Positions 13,699 through 23,447 of a DNA stretch of 37,809 nt are shown piece after piece. The stretch's first letter is position 1, and each line of letters opens with the position of its first letter. Both the position numbers and the translations under genes were made by a program. Below the pieces are notes generated by a model. It had not been told where the DNA came from, searched no databases, and saw only the letters and a program-made list of their open reading frames with translations. Source of the stretch: a virus (lineage: Duplodnaviria > Heunggongvirae > Uroviricota > Caudoviricetes); the IMG/VR virus record IMGVR_UViG_2602041644_000008, positions 1 through 37,809 of that record; one strand, given 5' to 3'.

Positions 13699-16445
13699 TA
13701 TTTGCCCCCTGCGTATATATTGCTCGGAAGGTAATTGGCTGAACCATAACCGAATGGTTTGGTCAGATCTGGAGGAGTATATCCATCTTTATTGCTGAAC
13801 TGCGGCAGCGGATTGCCTTCTCTCCGCACTCTAGCCTCATCAACACGCTGTTGCTGGAACTGAATGGTTTGCCTGTACATTGGAGATGTCAGCTGATCCG
13901 GCTTGAAACGAACAGGGAGACCATTTTCTCCAATATAATTTCTCGGTTCTATCGCTCCGTTTGCGTCAGGCTGTAAAACCATAACAGCATAACTCCTATC
14001 CCTTGCCGTAAGGCCATCAGAAACAAGTATTAAGTCCGTATCACTGCGAGGACCGCCAAAGGATTTTGATTTAAGCTCGCGTTTTTCCTGCTCCCACTGC
14101 CCCTGTATCCAGTTACCAGCACCATTATTTACTCCGTACAATGCCTCAGGTGCATACTTCATAACCTCTGCTTTGCCATTAACCGTAGAAACTCCCCAGG
14201 TGGTTCTGATCATGGCATTGGTCATTTTCTCAGCCTGTTCTGCATCGCCACCTGTCTGTACAAAGTTAGCATCGTAAATTGTCTGGTAATCTCGCTGATA
14301 GGCCGCATTTGATTTTCCTGGATCGGTAATATCCGGAGACCACGAACCAAAGGAAGTCAGACTGCTGGCGTTATTTTGTGCAGCAGTTGCCCTCGCCGCG
14401 ACATATTTTTTGTCTCGCATGGCAGTGGAAAGCATCTGTTTCATTCGGTCATCCTGTTGGAACACCTGGCTGTAAGCCATATCAACAGCCTTATCCTCCG
14501 GCACTCCAGCGCGGGAATAATCGTAAACCTTGCCGTAAAATGCCATCGTACTTTTATCAAGTGTTGCCGCTGCCGCCGGATTATTATCGAATAACTGACC
14601 GTAGAATTTTGCCATCGGGACAACCAGCGCAGGATCTCTTGATGTTGCTCCACTGTTAAGCATTGTTTTAACCTGAGTTGGTATCATGCCGCTTTTAGTT
14701 GTGACGGTGACCAGTGTATTGATGCTCTGCGGATCAGATATGGAAAACGAAGGCGCGATATCCTGCGCGAAATAACGGTCTACCGCTGCCTGATTGTTTT
14801 TGTCGTTCGGGTCCAGCGGGAAGTTATTTTGCATTGAAGACACGAACCTGTTTCTTCCCTGCTGAATCTCCCACTCCCTATCCATCTCTTTAAATTTGGC
14901 CTGCATTTTCTCCCAGCGTTGCTGGTTAGCTGCAAATCCAGGAGCGTTTGGATCCTGTGGACGTAAACGTTCAAGAATGTCTTGTCGTCCTTCTGGAGTG
15001 AGGTCTTTAGCGGCACCAATGACACCTCCATATTGTATCTGCGCCTGCATATCCTTCCACTTCATAGCGCCAATGCGCGGACCATTGGCCCGGATAAAAT
15101 CGTCCTCAGAAGGTAACTTCTCAGGTTTCAATCCTTCATCAAGGGCTGAATATGCATCTTTAACTACGGTGCTAAGCTGGTCCGCATACTGCTGGCGGTA
15201 CTGATTTCTCAGCTCATTAGCCTGCCTCAATGCCTGTATTTGCATTTGAGGGCTCATAGCATCAAATGCCGCATTGCCCGTATAACGCTTAGGTGAATCA
15301 AGGTTAGTTAGACCAAGGGCTGCCGAGATACCAGTTTCAAGCTGTTCGGTGCTATAAGGCATACTGCCATTTTCGTGTTTAATAATCCCAGCACATAAAG
15401 CAGCTAGTGTCTTTGGGTTAGAGATATCAAGCTGATCATTCTCCCCAACACCAAGCTCACCACACAATGCCCTAATATAAGCATCAGTATTATTACCATC
15501 ACTAGCCGGAGCATAGCGATTAACAATCTCGCTAACGGTGTCATAGCCTTGACGCTGGTAAGACAACATATTTTTACCCAACGCGCGGATTCCATGCTCA
15601 GGGGTAGCAAACGTTGCAAAACGTCCATCGCTACCGATCTGACCTTCCCACGGGTTAGATTTGCTCGCTTCAATATTACCAGGGTTATTATTACGTAAAC
15701 CACGAGCATCCAATGAATTACCATGTGATATTGCACGACTCACACCATCAAGATCCCCTGGCTCTCCATTAACCTGAAGAAACTCGTTGTATTTTTGAGC
15801 GATATTTCCTATCCATGCTTGCTGCCCCATTTGTTCCTTGAGCTGAGTTTTCTGCTGAACACGCCACTCATCAGGAAGCCCATGCGCATCAGCGTATTGA
15901 TCAATAGATTCAAATCGCTGCTTGGCTAAATCGACAAATGCTTGGTTATCGCTATATAGCCCCGCAGACTGAGTGACAGCCAATGCATTTCCTGACAAAT
16001 ACGTTTGATCTTGGAATTGCTGAAACTGCCCAACTTCATATCGACGTGCCTGATTGTAATAAGACTGCATAGACTGCTGGAGTTGAAAGGATAATTTATT
16101 CCTTTCCTCACTTTCAGGAATTGAGCCTAATAATGCCTGAGCCCTTTCCTGCATATTTTTCATAACAGCGTCACTCTGACCAAGAGCGTTTTTACCCTGT
16201 TTAGAAATCAGCCCACTTTCAGGGTTGTTAATCTGGTCATCTGCAAATTGGTTAAATTGCAGTAACGCCTCCTGGGCCATAGCAACATTCGCTTTCTGCC
16301 TGGCTTCACCATATGCCACCGCATACTGATCTGCGACATTCGCCAGCACCTGACCTGCTTGAGGAACATCGAAGATCTGAAAACCACCGGTTTGCACACC
16401 ACGACTTTGCACCTGGCGTCCGGATGTAGTAGGAACAACAGGCAT
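13698..16445 (-). CDS. Internal virion / ejection protein with conserved NNPGNI domain (possible cell-wall-active domain)
   Basis: 915 aa. The segment RGLRNNNPGNIEASKSNPWEGQIG...FATFATPEHGIRALGKNMLSYQRQGY is a domain I recall from phage virion proteins. ATGA-type overlaps with both neighbours. Confidence 0.55.
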   Translation of the reverse strand: MPVVPTTSGRQVQSRGVQTGGFQIFDVPQAGQVLANVADQYAVAYGEARQKANVAMAQEALLQFNQFADDQINNPESGLISKQGKNALGQSDAVMKNMQERAQALLGSIPESEERNKLSFQLQQSMQSYYNQARRYEVGQFQQFQDQTYLSGNALAVTQSAGLYSDNQAFVDLAKQRFESIDQYADAHGLPDEWRVQQKTQLKEQMGQQAWIGNIAQKYNEFLQVNGEPGDLDGVSRAISHGNSLDARGLRNNNPGNIEASKSNPWEGQIGSDGRFATFATPEHGIRALGKNMLSYQRQGYDTVSEIVNRYAPASDGNNTDAYIRALCGELGVGENDQLDISNPKTLAALCAGIIKHENGSMPYSTEQLETGISAALGLTNLDSPKRYTGNAAFDAMSPQMQIQALRQANELRNQYRQQYADQLSTVVKDAYSALDEGLKPEKLPSEDDFIRANGPRIGAMKWKDMQAQIQYGGVIGAAKDLTPEGRQDILERLRPQDPNAPGFAANQQRWEKMQAKFKEMDREWEIQQGRNRFVSSMQNNFPLDPNDKNNQAAVDRYFAQDIAPSFSISDPQSINTLVTVTTKSGMIPTQVKTMLNSGATSRDPALVVPMAKFYGQLFDNNPAAAATLDKSTMAFYGKVYDYSRAGVPEDKAVDMAYSQVFQQDDRMKQMLSTAMRDKKYVAARATAAQNNASSLTSFGSWSPDITDPGKSNAAYQRDYQTIYDANFVQTGGDAEQAEKMTNAMIRTTWGVSTVNGKAEVMKYAPEALYGVNNGAGNWIQGQWEQEKRELKSKSFGGPRSDTDLILVSDGLTARDRSYAVMVLQPDANGAIEPRNYIGENGLPVRFKPDQLTSPMYRQTIQFQQQRVDEARVRREGNPLPQFSNKDGYTPPDLTKPFGYGSANYLPSNIYAGGK

Positions 16446-17020
16446 CAGTAACCTCCTATTTTGAATCGGGAGTCAGAATTCATAAAACCTGAGTTAGATA
16501 ACATTGGCGTCCCACCACTAGATGTACTTCCTTTAGAGAACGGACTCCACGTCCCACCAAACATCTGGTACGCACCGTATGCCTTCAGAGGCGCAGTGAG
16601 TAAAGTTGTTGCTGCTCCCACATTCCCCTGTTTACGGGCTGAACTGGCTTCTGCTTTATAGTTGGCAGCCTGAACCTGATAACCGTAAGCCTCGCGTTGC
16701 GCGTTATTCACCGTCGTCAGAGAATCAAGAGCGCCAAACTGGGCAGTGTCGCCAAATATATCCAGCGCGTTACCTGTAGATAAATCAGCGCCGGTAGCCC
16801 CCATTGTCGCCGCCTGTGTACCAAGCCGCTGTCGGGTCTCTCTGCGCCGTTGCTCAGCTTCAGCGTTACCTCTGTTTATTGCATCATTTGCCTGAGCTGT
16901 GGCTATATCTGCGTTCGCTTCTGCAACCTTCGAGGCATACTTTCCCTGTTGGTACTGGGTGTATGCCTGAATGCCACTCATGGCGAGCATTGCGCCACCA
17001 GCAATAACCGGATCGCACAT
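16445..17020 (-). CDS. Internal virion protein (T7 gp14 positional analogue)
   Basis: 191 aa, Ala/Gln/Gly-rich, translationally coupled within the ejection-protein block. Confidence 0.45.
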   Translation of the reverse strand: MCDPVIAGGAMLAMSGIQAYTQYQQGKYASKVAEANADIATAQANDAINRGNAEAEQRRRETRQRLGTQAATMGATGADLSTGNALDIFGDTAQFGALDSLTTVNNAQREAYGYQVQAANYKAEASSARKQGNVGAATTLLTAPLKAYGAYQMFGGTWSPFSKGSTSSGGTPMLSNSGFMNSDSRFKIGGY

Positions 17021-17484
17021 TATTTTCTCTCCATGTGAAATCTGTGGAAATTAAGACCAAGAGCACCATAAGGCGCGGCTTCTTCAAGCCTGAATCCAAG
17101 CCAGTGCAGCCATGCTTTGGCAACATGGTTTCGCTCGTCGACATAGTTTTCCAGGCGCGGATAAACTGCCAGCATCTGCTGCAATACAGGGCGGCAGTGG
17201 CGAAGAAATGTCTTCTGATATTTTTCGATACGGCTGGTTCCGACCAGCCAGGGCGTACCATTGCCACCGATCATTGACGCCGGAGATACGCCAAACATGG
17301 TTACCAGTTCTCCGTTCGCAAATCCTGACCAGGCCATAGTCGCAGTACGCAGACCAACACGCAGCGCATCTTCGGTAGTCATCAGTGATACCGCATACAG
17401 TTCGTCAATATCAGCCTGACGAACATCCGGCAAAATCATCTGAAGATGCTCTTCGGTTGCGGGAATAATTTGAACACCGATCAT
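17020..17484 (-). CDS. Small virion-module protein (T7 gp13 positional analogue)
   Basis: 154 aa. Start overlaps the tail-hub gene stop. The function call is from position only. Confidence 0.4.
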   Translation of the reverse strand: MIGVQIIPATEEHLQMILPDVRQADIDELYAVSLMTTEDALRVGLRTATMAWSGFANGELVTMFGVSPASMIGGNGTPWLVGTSRIEKYQKTFLRHCRPVLQQMLAVYPRLENYVDERNHVAKAWLHWLGFRLEEAAPYGALGLNFHRFHMERK

Positions 17485-19955
17485 CAGAATCCCCCAACAG
17501 TAAGGCGAGGAATAACGGCAAGAACAGACAGCGGCAACGGATCAAGCTGACGGATTTTTACACGTCCGTTTTTGCCCCAGTTACTGTCCAGTTTCACTTC
17601 TACTTTTCCGGTAGCATCATCAACAGGATCATCGTAGAACTCGAATTCACGCTGTGGATATTCGTACCATTTACCGCCGGGCGTAGTCGCCCAGATGCCG
17701 CGACTGGCATTCACAACCAGAGTAACGGAGGGGATCACCTGTTTTTTGTCCAGCAGCGTTTCCTGTCCGTTAATGTTGATATCCAGTGTTTCGAATTCAG
17801 CAGTTATTGGCAGGCCGATGTGCACTACAGCCCCCGGAGATTCCAGCGTGACGGCACCTCCGGAAACCACTTTCTGTGGTTCCACGTTCGCATCAGAGAG
17901 AATGTTTACGGTCTGGCCTTCAAGATGAGACAGGCCTCCAAATGTCCGGCGCGCCATCTGCCAGTTCGTGGTGGCCACATTCCTGAGGGATGGCGGGACG
18001 TTCCTGTTAGCACGAACCACTACAGCGGTGTTGCTGGTTACAGAAATAATGTCGCAACGTAATTCTTTTGACACTTCATCGCCAGTATCAGGATCAGTTC
18101 CGGTATAAGGGAACTGTAGTTGCGCGCCGACATCACTACTGGTGAAGTACGCACCACCAGAAACACTGATTGTATATTCCGCATGGTAATCCCATTCACC
18201 AGAACCACCAGTGATGGTCATCGTTCTGTCAGACGTATTTCTTCCATCATAGCTAAGGCCAGAATCAACAAAGAAAGCATCTTCATCGCTGGTAAATAAA
18301 CGGCTGGACAGTCGCTCGATGTATCTCACTGTTTGCCCGTTAACGGTTCGGTTAACGACGAAATACACCGCATCTTCATTGCCTTCGCTGATACTGCATG
18401 TGCTTTCATATTTTCCGGTACTGGATTGTGGTGCCCATGCAAAAACCTGCTGATCACGCAAATAGGTCATCACCAGTAATTTACCGTCATCACGAATGCA
18501 GAAGGCACTGGAGTAAGGGACAATCGAGAAGCACCAGTCAACAATGCTGTGCTTCTGAAAAAGATGATTGGCAAGGATGGTCAGGTCGTTCCCCTGATAG
18601 CCGTCAACATCGAATGAGTAGGCCAGATCACGGACAACGCTGCCTTTCTCCTGGACGAACAGAGCAATATTCGCCACGGCAATTGGCGGGACGTTGCTTG
18701 AGCCATTTGATCCCTGAGAGCTGAATGCAAATGATGATGGGGTTAACACTTTGTTCTGGTCGCCGGTGATGACGTACTCACCTCCGGAAGTCAGCGCCAC
18801 CAGAGAACCAACATCAATCAGGTGACGGATCTCATTAACCTGACGCCCGGCATAGGTGTAGATAATTCTGTCGTCATCCTGCGTAGGATTGCTTTTGCCA
18901 AAATCCTTATAATCCCCGGTACGGCTGGCCCAGATAGTCTGAGGGAACGCAGTCGATGCGGCGAAGTAAAGACGTTGTTGATAATAAACAACAGTGCCAG
19001 GATAACCATTAACACTGTTCCAGGCATATTTAGCCCATTTATAGCTGGCATTATCCTCGCCAACGACCTGCGAAGGGATATAGGAAATCACCTCGGCAGT
19101 TGCAGTAGTTCCATTTGCAGCAGTGATACGGGCAATGCCAAAACCACTGTGCAGATATTCCCACTCAATGCCGGTATCATCATCACCGGATCCGCCCCAG
19201 CCATCCCATGATGTGCCTTCTGTATGCGAAGGGCGCAAAGTGCCTGTTTTACCTGCTGTAACAGCGCGATAGTAGTTACTGTCTGCACGGCGAACATCGT
19301 CAATCGACGTACTCTTACTGGTTTCCCATACCGGCACTGAATCCACTGCAGGCTGTTCCAGATAGAACAATTTGCCTACCTGCTCCGAGCCAAAAATAGA
19401 GGCGCTTGCCGTTAACGTAATTGTCCCGGTGCTGGCGCTGGCATAAACCGTCACTGACTCGTCAATATTGATATCTTCAAATGGTCCGTTCTTCGTTACC
19501 ACATCAACCAGTTGCCAGTTGTCATGCGCATAGCGACGCAACTCTTTCGGCGGGTATGCCGGATGAACCAGCGTAAGCACGTCTGCGCTTTGCGTGAATT
19601 TAATTCGGAACAGATCGGCTTCAGTATATGGCGTGGCAATTTCATAAATAACATTGCTGCTGTTCAGCACCAACGCACCATCTTTGATAACGCGCATGTA
19701 CTGGTGTCCGAACTCCAGAGCATAGGTCTGAACCGTCGAGAACTGGAACGGGATCAGGCGGCATTTCCGATTTTGGTATTTGGCGGCACCGACAAAACGC
19801 GTACCAGGTCGATTCTCAACGCCGCCATACTGCCGCACGATAAAGTTATCGCACTTGCGCAATGCTACCTGGTACTTCGCCATGTCAATACGCCCGTACA
19901 ACGACGGTCCAATCTCACCACCGGCAAAACTGGGCTGGATCCAACTGATAGCCAT
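17484..19955 (-). CDS. Tail hub / nozzle protein (tail tubular protein B-like)
   Basis: 823 aa, beta-rich. Lies directly after the adaptor candidate and before the ejection proteins, as in T7-type podoviruses. Confidence 0.55.
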   Translation of the reverse strand: MAISWIQPSFAGGEIGPSLYGRIDMAKYQVALRKCDNFIVRQYGGVENRPGTRFVGAAKYQNRKCRLIPFQFSTVQTYALEFGHQYMRVIKDGALVLNSSNVIYEIATPYTEADLFRIKFTQSADVLTLVHPAYPPKELRRYAHDNWQLVDVVTKNGPFEDINIDESVTVYASASTGTITLTASASIFGSEQVGKLFYLEQPAVDSVPVWETSKSTSIDDVRRADSNYYRAVTAGKTGTLRPSHTEGTSWDGWGGSGDDDTGIEWEYLHSGFGIARITAANGTTATAEVISYIPSQVVGEDNASYKWAKYAWNSVNGYPGTVVYYQQRLYFAASTAFPQTIWASRTGDYKDFGKSNPTQDDDRIIYTYAGRQVNEIRHLIDVGSLVALTSGGEYVITGDQNKVLTPSSFAFSSQGSNGSSNVPPIAVANIALFVQEKGSVVRDLAYSFDVDGYQGNDLTILANHLFQKHSIVDWCFSIVPYSSAFCIRDDGKLLVMTYLRDQQVFAWAPQSSTGKYESTCSISEGNEDAVYFVVNRTVNGQTVRYIERLSSRLFTSDEDAFFVDSGLSYDGRNTSDRTMTITGGSGEWDYHAEYTISVSGGAYFTSSDVGAQLQFPYTGTDPDTGDEVSKELRCDIISVTSNTAVVVRANRNVPPSLRNVATTNWQMARRTFGGLSHLEGQTVNILSDANVEPQKVVSGGAVTLESPGAVVHIGLPITAEFETLDININGQETLLDKKQVIPSVTLVVNASRGIWATTPGGKWYEYPQREFEFYDDPVDDATGKVEVKLDSNWGKNGRVKIRQLDPLPLSVLAVIPRLTVGGF

Positions 19956-20560
19956 CAGGACAACCTCGCAATGGTAAACTCGTCAACCGGTGGCTGTGGT
20001 TCCTGTGATTCATTCTGGCTATGCGAGCCAGCACTCAGAATCACGCGATTGTACATATTGAGGGCAAACGTACCGAGGTCTGCCTTCCCAGTCAGCGCCA
20101 TGTTAATAGCTGCCGCAAGACGCCAGGCCAACGCCTCCATAAAAATGGCATCAAACATGTTCACATCTGAAACGCGAGAGACATACTTGAGCCATGCCTG
20201 CGGCTGGTCTGTGTAGATCAACTTTCCTGTTCCGTTGGTGTCTGCACCAACTTCGTACTGAACGCGCATTGCTGCTGTTGGATTGCGTACACCAGGAAGC
20301 ATAATTTCAGTAATGCGCAGACAATCGGACGGGTACTGGTACGCATATTCCCAGTCAGGCGGTGGATTGCTCGTATCTGCAAGCGCCACGCGTTTGGTAG
20401 CAAAGTTCCAGTCAAAATCAGAAAGCACAGCATCACGGCAGGCCTCAAAGTGCAGCGAACATTCCCCCGCTTCCTTGCTGGCTTCCGTCAGGCTGTTAAT
20501 ACTGCGGCTGTTGCCAATATTGGACAGCGCACGATTGCAGATCTCTACTACAGAGGCCAT
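19955..20560 (-). CDS. Head-tail adaptor candidate (tail tubular protein A-like)
   Basis: 201 aa. The N-terminus MASVVEICNRALSNIGNSRSINSLTEASKEA... resembles adaptor proteins of podoviruses as I recall them. SD GGAG. Confidence 0.45.
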   Translation of the reverse strand: MASVVEICNRALSNIGNSRSINSLTEASKEAGECSLHFEACRDAVLSDFDWNFATKRVALADTSNPPPDWEYAYQYPSDCLRITEIMLPGVRNPTAAMRVQYEVGADTNGTGKLIYTDQPQAWLKYVSRVSDVNMFDAIFMEALAWRLAAAINMALTGKADLGTFALNMYNRVILSAGSHSQNESQEPQPPVDEFTIARLS

Positions 20561-20582
20561 AAGTTTCTATACTCCTGCAATA

Positions 20583-20600
20583 AAGGGGCCGAAGCCCCTT
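20583..20600 (-). other. Intercistronic stem-loop in the late operon
   Basis: The minus strand reads AAGGGGC-TTCG-GCCCCTT (UUCG tetraloop) between the 114-aa gene and the adaptor gene. There is no strong U-tract, so it is likely an attenuator or stability element. Confidence 0.4.
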
Positions 20601-20616
20601 GTCTGATTCGCGAGGC

Positions 20617-20961
20617 TTACACGCCCAGTTCTTTACGCTTATCTGCGATCTTCTTGCGTAGCGTTTCGGCTTTGGCGTTATGGTGTGGCTTCTCGTTAAA
20701 GAGCAATTCGTACTCTTCACGGAGCTTATCCAGTTCACCATCATCTGACACATCGTTGATGATTTTGGTGCTGGTTGCTGCCATTGACACCTTTCCTGCA
20801 ACTTTTGCTTTTGCCTGTCTGGCTGCATCGTTAACAGGTTCCAGTGCGCTACCAGGCTCACCTTCGTATTCGATTTCTGCCCCCTCCGGCCACAGAGTGT
20901 TATGGATATGAGAGAGGCGCAGAACGCGGTATCTTGGTTTCTCACCTGACATCGATATCAC
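20617..20961 (-). CDS. Small capsid-module protein, function unknown
   Basis: The track start is GTG 20961. ATG 20952 with SD AAGGTGA gives 111 aa. Charged helical C-terminus. Confidence 0.6.
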   Translation of the reverse strand: MISMSGEKPRYRVLRLSHIHNTLWPEGAEIEYEGEPGSALEPVNDAARQAKAKVAGKVSMAATSTKIINDVSDDGELDKLREEYELLFNEKPHHNAKAETLRKKIADKRKELGV

Positions 20962-20962
20962 C

Positions 20963-21400
20963 TTAACCAGTTACTTTTGAGCGGATCGGGTACGGCGTAT
21001 TGGCATCAACATCCAGACTGATACCCGCAGTGAATTTGCCAGCCGTTAGTGGGCCAGTTGCGACGGAGTAGTTAACACGCAGATATCGCTGAACACCGGC
21101 AGGCACCTTTGCAGAAACAACTCGTTTACCTGCTGTCAGGGCGGTCTTTGCCAGTGCGCCACTATCATAAATAGTGGTCCATGAGCTGTTATTCTCACTC
21201 GTCTGCAACTGGATGTTTACAGTTGCCTCACCACTTGCCGTGGCGGCTTCGTTAACCAGCACCCAAAACTCAAGCGGATAACCCACGCCGATATCACGAC
21301 GTTTTCCGTCAATTGGACCGAGATCGATTACGTCAGTAGAAGCCGCGGTATTCGTAACCGCCTGAGCTTCGGAGAACATCAACAGTTTGTCGGTGATCAT
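20963..21400 (-). CDS. Capsid decoration/cement protein candidate
   Basis: 145 aa, beta-rich, immediately after the major capsid gene. SD GGAGAAAG. Composition resembles BPP-1 Bbp16-type cement proteins (recollection). Confidence 0.45.
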   Translation of the reverse strand: MITDKLLMFSEAQAVTNTAASTDVIDLGPIDGKRRDIGVGYPLEFWVLVNEAATASGEATVNIQLQTSENNSSWTTIYDSGALAKTALTAGKRVVSAKVPAGVQRYLRVNYSVATGPLTAGKFTAGISLDVDANTPYPIRSKVTG

Positions 21401-21415
21401 CTTCTTTCTCCATTA

Positions 21416-21435
21416 GTGGGTCTGTTACGACCCAC
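21416..21435 (-). other. Stem-loop after the major capsid gene
   Basis: GTGGGTC-N6-GACCCAC immediately downstream of the capsid stop. No U-tract. Confidence 0.4.
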
Positions 21436-21451
21436 AGGTTAATAACAGGCG

Positions 21452-22438
21452 TTACACCACGCGGGCTTCTGTTTCCAGAAGCGCATCAGTTTCACGGATT
21501 GGTACACCACGGAATGAAGTCCACCACTCGCCTTCTGTCTCTTTTACGCTGATCGCCAGAGATGTTTTCTCCAGAGATTGCAGATCAAGAGCCTGGCCTA
21601 CAGTGCGGTTCATGTAGAACACCGGGCGACCCATGCCACGATTTGGAATGCGATGCAGTGCTTTAACCATCAACTTCGCAATATTTGCGGCAGAGGATGG
21701 TTCTGAAAGATTGCTGACATCGATGTTTGCAATGCGAACAACATAACGCCAGTCACGCAGAGCAAGTCCGTTATCCCATTTGTAATGGGTACGGTAGCCT
21801 TCGTACTTGCCGCCATTAGCATCTTCCAGTGTCACCTGGCCTTTATCTTCCATCTGAATGCCAGCCTTCTGCCCTTTCGGGAAGATGCCATGCACGGTGT
21901 TTTCGCCCCACACCACTAACCAGATTGAGGTGTTATCTGTACCCGTGCCACCAGCATCAATGATGTTCTGAGCATTACCTGCAGACAGGCTGGAATAGCG
22001 GGAGGACAGTCCCATAAACTGCTGAGGGTTAACGCTGGAATCACCATAAAACAGCGTCTGCGCCATCTGCTGATTCATCGCTTCAATAAATGCGCGGTCT
22101 TCAGACAGGCGGAATTCGGCGGTATTGCCGTTCAGATCAGCCAGTGACTTATCGACTTCAGCATAGGTTTCCAGCATGCCCACGGAATCGGTTACCTGCA
22201 CTGTGGTTGATTTGCTTGGCTGTACGCCATAGTTCAGCAAACGCCAGGTAGCTGAAGGTAAACCAGAACGAATGGTGGTTTTGTGTCCGGTAGGAAGGTT
22301 CCCTTCGACAAAAGGCATATCCTGAAGGATCGGGTTAGTTTGACCGAGAAGCTCGATAATCTTATCGACTTTCCCATCTGGATCGACGCGCTTACCCCAG
22401 TCAGCCAGCGTTAGCGCAGTTAAGCCTTTAACAGCCAT
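21452..22438 (-). CDS. Major capsid protein
   Basis: 328 aa, directly after the scaffold gene. Strong SD GAGAGGAAA. Size and position are typical for an HK97-fold capsid protein. Confidence 0.8.
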   Translation of the reverse strand: MAVKGLTALTLADWGKRVDPDGKVDKIIELLGQTNPILQDMPFVEGNLPTGHKTTIRSGLPSATWRLLNYGVQPSKSTTVQVTDSVGMLETYAEVDKSLADLNGNTAEFRLSEDRAFIEAMNQQMAQTLFYGDSSVNPQQFMGLSSRYSSLSAGNAQNIIDAGGTGTDNTSIWLVVWGENTVHGIFPKGQKAGIQMEDKGQVTLEDANGGKYEGYRTHYKWDNGLALRDWRYVVRIANIDVSNLSEPSSAANIAKLMVKALHRIPNRGMGRPVFYMNRTVGQALDLQSLEKTSLAISVKETEGEWWTSFRGVPIRETDALLETEARVV

Positions 22439-22452
22439 TGTTATTTCCTCTC

Positions 22453-23148
22453 TTATTTGCCATAGAGCACTTCGGCCGCACTACGCTGGCCTTCATTACC
22501 ACCGGTGACCATGCCATCTTCAGACATCGCCTTTCCGATTTTCACGAACGTTTTGACCAGATCAGGGTGATTACCCAGCCCGGTGGTGTTCAGATATTCT
22601 TTGAGTTCAGGTGTCCCGAACTGGTCAAGCGCACGCTGTGCGGCGCTAAGGTTAGAAATCAACTTGTCGCCACCGATTTCTTTGTCAGCTTTTACATCAG
22701 CAGCCCACTGCTCGGTTGTTTTCTGCCAGGCTTCTGCCTGGCGCTGCTGAACACCTGCCAGAATCTTCGGATAAGCATCAACCAGCTTTTGCGCTTGCTC
22801 GTTGGTCAGGTTAAGTTCTCGCGCCACCGGCTCGAATTCCTTCAACGCTTCTGTATCCAGCTCTACGCCTTCGGCAGCCTGAAACTCGTACTTCTCCGGC
22901 GCACCATCCGGTTTATCGCCGTCCTTTTTTTCACCCTGCTTATCGCTTTCAGGCTTTTTGTCATCAGCAGGTTTATCGCCATCAGCAACAGGTTGCGGCT
23001 TATCACCTTCTTGTTGTGATGGATCACCAACTGGAGCATGGTTATCACCTGCAGGCGCTGACGGTTCTGACGCAGCCGGAGCTGCTCCACCATCGACTGG
23101 TTGCTCATTGCAAAGACGGCGATACAGCAAACGCTCAAATAAATTCAT
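22453..23148 (-). CDS. Scaffolding protein
   Basis: The track start is GTG 23154; ATG 23148 has SD AGGAG 5 nt upstream. Acidic/Lys-rich, low-complexity N-terminal half (DKPQPVADGDKPADDKKPESDKQGEKKDGDKPDG) and a helical C-terminal half. Lies between portal and capsid. Confidence 0.75.
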   Translation of the reverse strand: MNLFERLLYRRLCNEQPVDGGAAPAASEPSAPAGDNHAPVGDPSQQEGDKPQPVADGDKPADDKKPESDKQGEKKDGDKPDGAPEKYEFQAAEGVELDTEALKEFEPVARELNLTNEQAQKLVDAYPKILAGVQQRQAEAWQKTTEQWAADVKADKEIGGDKLISNLSAAQRALDQFGTPELKEYLNTTGLGNHPDLVKTFVKIGKAMSEDGMVTGGNEGQRSAAEVLYGK

Positions 23149-23150
23149 GA

Positions 23151-23447
23151 TCACTCCTGTTCACTGGCCTCTTTGGCCATCTTCAAATACTGTTCAGGGC
23201 AATGCGCCATAACGCGCTGAAACAGTTCCAGCGCCAGATTGCGTTGCCCCTCATTAAATGCCATTGCCATAGCGTCCATCGGTGAGATAGCGGAAAACAC
23301 ACGGCCTTTCTCCAGCACCGACCAGACAACGCGACGCCCCTGTTCACTGCTCATGACAAAGCGAATGTCATCAATTTCACGCTGCGCCATGTCACGTTGC
23401 TTACGGGCGTTTTCTTCTTTCAGTTGATCGTCTTCGTAATCTGTCAT
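23151..23447 (-). CDS. Small conserved head-module protein, function unknown
   Basis: 98 aa. Overlaps the portal stop (ATGA type) and ends at the scaffold SD. Confidence 0.6.
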   Translation of the reverse strand: MTDYEDDQLKEENARKQRDMAQREIDDIRFVMSSEQGRRVVWSVLEKGRVFSAISPMDAMAMAFNEGQRNLALELFQRVMAHCPEQYLKMAKEASEQE